A DNA stretch of 33,544 bases, from contig JBGPIL010000001.1 of the NCBI GenBank assembly GCA_041484905.1, positions 1 through 33,544 on the forward strand. Direction: 5' to 3'. Origin of the DNA: Nitrospiria bacterium. Its GTDB lineage: Bacteria > Nitrospirota > Nitrospiria > JACQCE01. Below, piece by piece: positions 7,532 to 13,066 of the stretch. Each line of letters begins with the position of its first letter. Position 1 is the stretch's first letter. Made by a program: the position numbers and the translations under genes. The notes beneath the pieces are model-generated. The model saw only the letters and a list, made by a program, of their open reading frames with translations. It ran no database searches and was not told the DNA's origin.

Positions 7532-9379
7532 TTAGTGTTCGACAATCGTGACGAGGGTGTTGGGAGAAATGTTCCCTTCAATCGTTTGGCGTCGACCGCT
7601 GGGCCACAGTACTTGAATCCGGTCCACGGTGTGGTGATCGCCCAATCCAAAATAGAGCGGAAGCTGGCTCTGCGACAGGTAGCCGGATTTTCCATCAAGA
7701 TAACGAACCTGGTTCTCCCCTTCAGACGTGATCTCCACGCGGGCGCCAATGGCGTTCCGATTGGACACCGTGCCGACCAGTTGGATTTTCAAGTAGTGAA
7801 TCGTGTTCTGTTGAGCCAAGTCGCTGACCAGGATTTGCGGAACGTCATTGAATTCGTTGGTGACGATGTCCAGATCACCGTCATTGTCCAGATCGAAAAT
7901 GGCCGACGACCGGGAACTGCGAGAACCGGCCACCATAGTCTGGTTCCGGCGGCATTCCTGCCGGTGGCTGTCCGTCTTTTGACAGTCCAGCGCTAGGTAG
8001 TCCGGGATCAGTGTCCCATTGGTTCTGGGCTCGATGCCAAGAACGACCGCCAGATCGGCAAAAAGGTTTCCCCCTTGATTCATCAGCAGGTAATTGTGCC
8101 CATACGGATAGGGATAGCCCATGCCGGAGGAGACAAACATATCCTGATAGCCGTCGGCGTTGACATCGTCAACGCTGAGCCCCCACGGCCAGTAAGTTTC
8201 CACTCCAATGCGATCTGAGATTTCTTCATAACGGCCGTGCCCCAGATTTTTGTAAAACGCGTTGCCCAAAATGTTGCGCCGCAGATCGCCGACTCCGCGG
8301 GGCACGCGGGCCGCCGGGAGTTTGCGCTCTTTCTCCTTCTGGCTGCTGGGCGCCAACATGTCCGAATGCATGTCGGTGGTCATGAGGTCGAGAAGCAGAT
8401 CATTATTATAGTCGAAAAACTTGACCCCCATGCTCCCCCAGGAGGTTTTGGGAAACACCCGTGAGGTGACATCCTTGAAGAACCGGCCCCCGATGTTTTC
8501 AAAAAACTGATCGTTGCCGTTCATGTTGCAGAGGTAAATATCCGGGTAGCCGTCATCGTTATAGTCGGTGATCGTGGCGTCTGCGTGCCAGCCGGATGTG
8601 ATGAATCCCGTGGCCGTGGTGACATCGCGGAATTTTCCTCCGCCGAGATTCTTGTACAACAAGCTTTTCTCCTCGAAGCGTGTGTCTGGATAGAGTTTAA
8701 AAGCCATCTCCTGCCCAACATAATAACCCTGTTCGCTCTTCTGATCGGTTGTGAAGCGGCCGACATTCACGACGAGAAGATCAAGCAGGCCGTCGTTGTC
8801 GAAGTCAAAAAAGACGGCCGCGGACGAATGGCCGGTATATTCCAGGCCGCTGCCCTTGGTGATGTCGGTGAACACGCCGTGTCCATCATTGTGCAACAGC
8901 ACGTTGCCGCCTCGGACGGTAGTGACGAAGAGGTCGTCGTTGCCATCGTTGTCAATGTCGGCGAAGGCCCCGCCGGTGGAGACCCGATCGGCCAGAGCCA
9001 TGTGTGAGGTCTCGGTGATATTCCGAAACGTGCCGTTGCCCATGTTTTTATACAGGGCGTTGCCGCCGATCTGATTCAGAAAATAGACGTCCAAGTAGCC
9101 GTCGTGATCCACATCGGCCACCAATACGCCGTTCCCGTGGTCGTAGTGGTTCGAGCGTCGGCCCGAATCGGCCGTCGGGTGATGTCTGAAGGTGATGCCC
9201 GATTGAACCTGGCGGTTTTCGAATCGAAACAACGGCCCGGCCGGCGGCCCTGTGCGGTCCGTGGGAGCGGCCGAGCGGCACCCCGATACAGCGCCGATCG
9301 AAACAATCAACGACGCCAGCATGACACGCGTGGCGATTCGGTGGAACAACGGTTGCATTGGCGATGCTATTTTTACCAT
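7532..9379 (-). CDS. CRTAC1-family FG-GAP/VCBS repeat protein with C-terminal ASPIC/UnbV domain (lipoprotein)
   Basis: FG-GAP-type Ca-binding loops: DVDHDGYLDVYF, DIDNDGNDDLFV, DFDNDGLLDLLV, DYNDDGYPDIYL, DYNNDLLLDLMT, DVNADGYQDMFV, DLDNDGDLDIV. ASPIC/UnbV block: NRNAIGARVEI, GKSGYLSQSQLPLYFGLG, VLWPSGRRQ. Lipobox AVSGC. Start at 9379 or 9358. Confidence 0.85.
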   Translation of the reverse strand: MVKIASPMQPLFHRIATRVMLASLIVSIGAVSGCRSAAPTDRTGPPAGPLFRFENRQVQSGITFRHHPTADSGRRSNHYDHGNGVLVADVDHDGYLDVYFLNQIGGNALYKNMGNGTFRNITETSHMALADRVSTGGAFADIDNDGNDDLFVTTVRGGNVLLHNDGHGVFTDITKGSGLEYTGHSSAAVFFDFDNDGLLDLLVVNVGRFTTDQKSEQGYYVGQEMAFKLYPDTRFEEKSLLYKNLGGGKFRDVTTATGFITSGWHADATITDYNDDGYPDIYLCNMNGNDQFFENIGGRFFKDVTSRVFPKTSWGSMGVKFFDYNNDLLLDLMTTDMHSDMLAPSSQKEKERKLPAARVPRGVGDLRRNILGNAFYKNLGHGRYEEISDRIGVETYWPWGLSVDDVNADGYQDMFVSSGMGYPYPYGHNYLLMNQGGNLFADLAVVLGIEPRTNGTLIPDYLALDCQKTDSHRQECRRNQTMVAGSRSSRSSAIFDLDNDGDLDIVTNEFNDVPQILVSDLAQQNTIHYLKIQLVGTVSNRNAIGARVEITSEGENQVRYLDGKSGYLSQSQLPLYFGLGDHHTVDRIQVLWPSGRRQTIEGNISPNTLVTIVEH

Positions 9380-9430
9380 AATGAGGGCCGCGATGTATCG
9401 GGCCTCAACGTCACAGAGGGGCCGATCCCG

Positions 9431-11188
9431 ATGAAAGACCGATCTTGGCCTGTTCGATTGTTGATAGGGCTGCTGCCTTTCTTACTCGGCGCCGGGCAGC
9501 CGGCGTTGCACTTCGCCGACGTGACGCGCCAGGCGGGATTGCGTTTTCAACACCAGAACGGGGCGGCCGGCCAAAAATATTTTCCGGAGACGTTCGGATC
9601 GGGCGTCTGCGTGATCGACTACAACATGGATGGCTGGCCCGATCTGTTTTTCGTCAACGGTCGAGCCTGGACCGCTCAGGAACGGCAGGCACAGGCGCGA
9701 AGCGCGCAATCCGGAAAGCCGGCCACCGGCCCGCCTTCATTCTCCGCCCTCTATCGGAACAATCATGACGGCTCATTCACCGATGTGACCCGCGAAGCCG
9801 GTTTGGCCGTCGAGCTGTATGGCACGGGCTGCGGGGTGGGGGATTATGACAACGACGGCGCCCCCGATCTGGTGGTGACGGCCTACGGCCAGACCCACCT
9901 GTTCCGAAATACCGGTCACGGACAGTTTCGGGACGTCACGGCCGAAACCGGCTTAACCGACACCGGCTGGGGAGCGTGCGCCATCTGGTTCGACTACGAC
10001 GGCGACGGCGATCTCGATCTCTTTGTCTGCCACTACGTCCAGTGGACGCCGCAGACCGATCTGGTCTGCGGATTAAGCGGCCAGGTCAAGCTCTTCTGTG
10101 GCCCCGATCCCTATCGCGGAGAGTCCAATCGCCTCTACCGCAACGATGTTGTTGACGGCAAGCGGCTGTTCACCGACGTGACCCAAGCAGCCGGGTTGTT
10201 GAATCCGAAGGGCAAGACGCTGGGCGCATCATTGCTCGATTACAACAATGACGGCCGGCTCGATCTGGCCCTCTCGAACGATCAGGTGCCGAATTTCCTC
10301 TACCGCAATAACGGCGACGGAACATTGACGGATGAGAGTGTCATCCTGGGCACCTCGGTCGGCCGGTTCGGCATGGCCAAGGCGGGAATGGGCATCGACG
10401 CAGCCGACCTGCTCAATAACGGCTCGATCGGCATCCTCGTCGGCAACTTCGCCAAGGAGGGACTCACGCTCCATCAGCTTGAACGGCGCGCCCGGCCCTC
10501 CGAGCCCTCCTCAAACAAGGAGCTGTTGGCGCCGCTGGCTCCGGCGACGGTGTTCAAAGACCAGGCGCCCCGACTGGGACTGACCGCGCCGAGCCTGCCG
10601 TTCCTCACCTTCGGCGTGGCGTTCTTTGACGCCGATCTGGACGGCTGGCTCGATATCGTGGCGGCGAACGGTCACATTGATGCCGAGTTGGTGAACTTCC
10701 TGGAGCGCAATGTGACCTATCGGGAGCGGCCGCTGTTCTTTTTGGCCAGGCCGGGCCAGGAGCTTCGGTATGAAGAAGCCGGGGTGTCAGCCGGCGTGTC
10801 GGCGGCCATCGTCGGCCGGGGTGTGGTCTATCTCGACTACGACCATGACGGTGATCTCGACCTGGTGTTCACCGAAAACGGCGGCCCAGCGCATCTCTAT
10901 CGGAACGAAGGCACTCCGAAAAATCACTGGCTTCGTCTCGATCTGCATGGGACCAAGAGCAACCGGGATGCCATCGGCGCCGTGGTCAAAGTCACCGCGA
11001 ACGGGATGACGCAAACGCGCATGGTCAAAACCGGCTCCAGCTATCTCTCCCAAAGTGAATTGCCGCTGACGTTCGGACTGGGGCCGGCTGAGACAGCGGA
11101 GCGGGTTGAGATCCACTGGCCAAGTGGTCAGACTCAGGTCCTGGAAAAAATCGCCGCGAATCAGCAATTGGTGGTGACGGAGCCATGA
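9431..11188 (+). CDS. CRTAC1-family FG-GAP/VCBS repeat protein with C-terminal ASPIC/UnbV domain
   Basis: The ATG at 9431 (preceded by AGAGGGG) gives the signal peptide MKDRSWPVRLLIGLLPFLLGAG. The tracked start at 9104 would overlap the divergent gene. Loops: DYNMDGWPDLFF, DYDNDGAPDLVV, DYDGDGDLDLFV, DYNNDGRLDLAL, DADLDGWLDIVA, DYDHDGDLDLVF. ASPIC block: NRDAIGAVVKV, GSSYLSQSELPLTFGLG, IHWPSGQTQ. Confidence 0.85.
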   Translation: MKDRSWPVRLLIGLLPFLLGAGQPALHFADVTRQAGLRFQHQNGAAGQKYFPETFGSGVCVIDYNMDGWPDLFFVNGRAWTAQERQAQARSAQSGKPATGPPSFSALYRNNHDGSFTDVTREAGLAVELYGTGCGVGDYDNDGAPDLVVTAYGQTHLFRNTGHGQFRDVTAETGLTDTGWGACAIWFDYDGDGDLDLFVCHYVQWTPQTDLVCGLSGQVKLFCGPDPYRGESNRLYRNDVVDGKRLFTDVTQAAGLLNPKGKTLGASLLDYNNDGRLDLALSNDQVPNFLYRNNGDGTLTDESVILGTSVGRFGMAKAGMGIDAADLLNNGSIGILVGNFAKEGLTLHQLERRARPSEPSSNKELLAPLAPATVFKDQAPRLGLTAPSLPFLTFGVAFFDADLDGWLDIVAANGHIDAELVNFLERNVTYRERPLFFLARPGQELRYEEAGVSAGVSAAIVGRGVVYLDYDHDGDLDLVFTENGGPAHLYRNEGTPKNHWLRLDLHGTKSNRDAIGAVVKVTANGMTQTRMVKTGSSYLSQSELPLTFGLGPAETAERVEIHWPSGQTQVLEKIAANQQLVVTEP

Positions 11189-12030
11189 GAAAAATAGGGT
11201 CAATGGGCAAGGATCAGGGGTGTAGGGTGAAAGAAAAAACAAAAGTCTTTGGCAGAAATCTATCCTTGATGTTTTTTGTTAGTCTCTTGCCGGCCTGTTC
11301 ATTTTTAACTCTTGCCCCTGGACCCTTGCCCCATGACCCTCCCCCCGGAATGGTTTCTATTCCGGGGGGGCCGTTTCTCATGGGCAGCACGCCGAACGAC
11401 GGCGTAGTGGGATTTGAAATCGGCGTCGATGAACTGCCGCAGCATCGCGTCGAGCTGCCCGGCTATTTCATCGACCGGTACGAGGTGACGGTCGGTGACT
11501 ATCGCAAGTTTGTCGAGCCGACCGGCCGCCTGCCCCCCAGGATTTGGGATGACCGGCGATACGCCGCTCCCTCGGAGGACCATCCCGTGATCGATGTGCG
11601 ATGGGTGGACGCCGACGCCTATTGCCGCTGGGCGGGCAAACGATTGCCGACGGAGGCGGAATGGGAAAAAGCCGCTCGCGGGACAGATGGGCGCCGTTGG
11701 CCCTGGGGGAATCAATGGCAGCCGGGGGCCGCCAATATCCAGGGCGATCGCCGTAATTGGACGGCGCCGGTTGGGAGCTATCCGTTGGACAAAAGCCCCT
11801 ATGGAGTCTTCGACATGGCCGGTAACGCCATGGAATGGACCAGCTCGTGGTATCAAGCCTACCCCGGCAGCACGCTCCGCCGTCCCGACTTCGGCCAGTT
11901 ATACAAAGTGCTCAAAGGCGGCTCGTGGATGTCGCCGGTCAACCCCTTTACCCATGCCGCCAATCGCTATGCGATCATGCCGAAGTGGGATCATCCGCAC
12001 CTCGGCTTTCGCTGTGCGAAAGACGAGTAG
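11185..12030 (+). CDS. FGE-sulfatase-fold lipoprotein; paralogue 3 of 3
   Basis: Its ATG overlaps the TGA of 9431..11188 (ATGA). Lipobox SLLPAC; alternative starts at 11203 and 11269. Motifs: SIPGGPFLMGS, DELPQHRVELPGYFIDRYEVTVGDY, VRWVDADAYCRWAGKRLPTEAEWEKAARG, GNAMEWTSSWY, KGGSW, GFRCAKDE. Confidence 0.85.
   Translation: MRKIGSMGKDQGCRVKEKTKVFGRNLSLMFFVSLLPACSFLTLAPGPLPHDPPPGMVSIPGGPFLMGSTPNDGVVGFEIGVDELPQHRVELPGYFIDRYEVTVGDYRKFVEPTGRLPPRIWDDRRYAAPSEDHPVIDVRWVDADAYCRWAGKRLPTEAEWEKAARGTDGRRWPWGNQWQPGAANIQGDRRNWTAPVGSYPLDKSPYGVFDMAGNAMEWTSSWYQAYPGSTLRRPDFGQLYKVLKGGSWMSPVNPFTHAANRYAIMPKWDHPHLGFRCAKDE
11311..11345. repeat. Intragenic degenerate heptanucleotide array (5 units)
   Basis: CTTGCCC CTGGACC CTTGCCC CATGACC CTCCCCC, directly after the lipobox Cys codon. 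It is translated as LAPGPLPHDPPP. Confidence 0.55.
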
Positions 12031-12118
12031 TTCACGGTTCATGGTTCACAGTTCATGGCAAAGAGTACAAAGAGTCCTGGCCAGGTTGGCTATGAACCAT
12101 GAACGATGAACCCTGAAC
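12030..12118 (+). repeat. Heptamer-built inverted-repeat element, copy A
   Basis: Left arm GTTCACG GTTCATG GTTCACA GTTCATG (12030-12057). The 33-nt spacer is GCAAAGAGTACAAAGAGTCCTGGCCAGGTTGGC. Right arm TATGAAC CATGAAC GATGAAC CCTGAAC (12091-12118). The arms are about 23/28 complementary. The first G is the last base of the TAG stop of 11185..12030. Confidence 0.8.
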
Positions 12119-12138
12119 GGGTGACAAACGGGTGACAG

Positions 12139-12402
12139 ATGGCGTTTGATTTTGAAAGGTTGGAGGTCTATCAGGAGGCGGTTCAGTTTGCTGATGAAAT
12201 CTACCGGCTGACCAGGAAGCTTCCTCAGGAGGAGCTATTTGGCTTAACGAGCCAGCTTCGCAGAGCAAGTGTCTCTGTCGCATTGAATATGGCAGAGGGA
12301 AGCGGGCGGCTGAAGAAGGAGTTTCGGCAGTTTCTGCGCATGGCGAGGGGATCGATCTATGAATTGATTGCGATTCTGCGGATCTCGCGGGATCAGCAAT
12401 AA
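12139..12402 (+). CDS. Four-helix-bundle protein (23S rRNA intervening-sequence protein / DGR Avd family), interrupted by an in-frame TAA
   Basis: MAFDFERLEVYQEAVQFADEIYRLTRKLPQEELFGLTSQLRRASVSVALNMAEGSGR...FLRMARGSIYEL matches the family pattern (F..L.VYQ.A, QLRRA..S...N.AEG, A.GS..E). The frame stays open after the TAA at 12400-12402 and encodes LAREDYDRCYARGEQLAKRISALIKAISS up to the TAG at 12490-12492. That gives a family-typical length of about 117 aa. Confidence 0.75.
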   Translation: MAFDFERLEVYQEAVQFADEIYRLTRKLPQEELFGLTSQLRRASVSVALNMAEGSGRLKKEFRQFLRMARGSIYELIAILRISRDQQ

Positions 12403-12484
12403 CTCGCGCGAGAGGACTATGACCGATGCTACGCCCGAGGAGAACAGTTGGCCAAACGAATCAGCGCCTTGATCAAAGCGATTA

Positions 12485-12559
12485 GTTCATAGTTGATAGC
12501 TCATGGTTCATGGTCTGCATACGCGCTTGGCCATGAACCGTGAACGGTGCACCGTGAAC
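12485..12559 (+). repeat. Heptamer-built inverted-repeat element, copy B
   Basis: Left arm GTTCATA GTTGATA GCTCATG GTTCATG (12485-12512). Spacer GTCTGCATACGCGCTTGGC. Right arm CATGAAC CGTGAAC GGTGCAC CGTGAAC (12532-12559). Confidence 0.75.
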
Positions 12560-12577
12560 CAGATTGGCTGGTTTTGC

Positions 12578-12605
12578 CGTGAACCATGAACTGTGAACCA
12601 TGAAC
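12578..12605 (+). repeat. Half-element (right-arm type only)
   Basis: CGTGAAC CATGAAC TGTGAAC CATGAAC, preceded by GGTTTTGC. There is no matching left arm. Confidence 0.65.
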
Positions 12606-12671
12606 CATACCGGCGTTGAACCAATTGAATAATAAGAGATAATTAAATGGAAGACGCCGGCAAGAACCGCC

Positions 12672-12699
12672 TTGACAAAATTGTTCGTCCTGCTACTAT
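12672..12699 (+). promoter_or_regulatory. Sigma70-type promoter for the leader of the giant gene
   Basis: TTGACA (12672-12677), a 16-nt spacer, then TACTAT (12694-12699), inside an AT-rich island. It is the best -35/-10 pair I found in the window, and the nearest downstream gene is on the + strand. Confidence 0.55.
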
Positions 12700-12730
12700 T
12701 AACAGCAAATCGCGGGGGTTTGTGGTTTGC

Positions 12731-12758
12731 CATGAACGATGAACCATGAACTGTGAAC
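12731..12758 (+). repeat. Half-element (right-arm type only) within the leader
   Basis: CATGAAC GATGAAC CATGAAC TGTGAAC, preceded by GGTTTGT GGTTTGC. It is a near-direct repeat of 12570-12605. Confidence 0.65.
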
Positions 12759-12766
12759 CAGCCGCG

Positions 12767-12866
12767 CCACCGACAAGAGCAATCCCGGATCGAAAGGCCG
12801 GGTCGCAGAGCGAGTGGCCTAACTCCCAGGCTGTAGAGGGATAGGGTAGCACCGCCGCCGAAGTGG
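12767..12866 (+). promoter_or_regulatory. Candidate GEMM-I (c-di-GMP / cGAMP class I) riboswitch aptamer
   Basis: Hand fold:
- P1: CCACCG (12767-72) pairs with CG[AA]GUGG (12859-66).
- J1/2: ACAAGAGCAAU.
- P2: 12784-12802, with a GAAA tetraloop at 12792-95.
- J2/3: UCGCAGA.
- P3: 12810-12855, about 13 bp, containing GGCCUAAC.
- 3' end: GCCGAA (12857-62).
The order and spacing of these blocks match the GEMM-I consensus as I remember it (GGCAAAcc, cGAAAg, GACGCAAAGC, GGCCUAA, GCCGAA). Confidence 0.5.
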
Positions 12867-12900
12867 ATGATATGAAGCAGAGGGACGAAGGCCAACCTGT

Positions 12901-12935
12901 ACGAACCTCCCCCGAGGAGTCGTGCGGGTTTTTTT
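12901..12935 (+). terminator. Possible intrinsic terminator / riboswitch expression platform
   Basis: ACGA-AC-CUCC cccga GGAG-UCGU is an 8-bp stem with a 2-nt bulge. Alternatively CCCG...CGGG pairs. Either is followed by GCGGG and T7 (12929-12935). The stem is weak, and the tract lies upstream of the probable start of the giant gene. Confidence 0.35.
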
Positions 12936-13066
12936 GTGCCCTGCGTGAGCACGCCCAGCGAATCTGTCGTCACATGAGCGCTCAATCGACTTCATCGAAT
13001 CATCGTCGCCTTCTTTTCTCCTCTACTGGTCAGCATCTACCCTTGGCTTATCACCCTGCACGCCTC

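Noticed and set aside
9104-9430. N-terminal extension of the + strand CRTAC1-like ORF.
   Set aside because: It overlaps the divergent gene's 5' end by about 275 nt and encodes Arg-rich low-complexity sequence. The ATG at 9431 gives a signal peptide and has an SD-like AGAGGGG upstream.
12647-12742. A 31-codon mini-ORF (MEDAGKNRLDKIVRPATINSKSRGFVVCHER) in the AT-rich island.
   Set aside because: It spans the predicted promoter itself and has only a weak SD. I recognise no family for it and could not test conservation from this window, so it is probably non-coding.
12030-12760. CRISPR array, suggested by the many short direct repeats.
   Set aside because: Units are 7 nt and contiguous, with no spacers of about 30 nt. 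The arms are inverted copies of each other, and there are no cas genes.
12053-12985. ORFs 12053..12283 (-), 12482..12985 (-) and 12643..12852 (-).
   Set aside because: They are largely translations of the heptamer arrays (HGSWFTVHGSSFM...) and of the leader/riboswitch region. They have no start context and no motifs.
11185-13066. A diversity-generating retroelement (C-type-lectin/FGE-fold target gene followed by an Avd-family gene and a non-coding region where a template repeat would sit).
   Set aside because: No reverse transcriptase ORF is present in the window. By eye I found no segment in 12493-13066 similar to the 3' end (about 11900-12030) of the FGE-fold gene, so there is no TR/VR pair. 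The three FGE-fold paralogues also show no adenine-specific differences. A decayed remnant or coincidence is the most this could be; a proper VR/TR alignment search genome-wide would settle it.
12863-13066. N-terminal extension of the giant ORF (GTG 12863; also ATG 12872 and 12975).
   Set aside because: The extension precedes a textbook signal peptide that starts at the ATG at 13067. It overlaps the putative aptamer P1 and the U7 tract. A start at 12872 just after P1 cannot be fully excluded.
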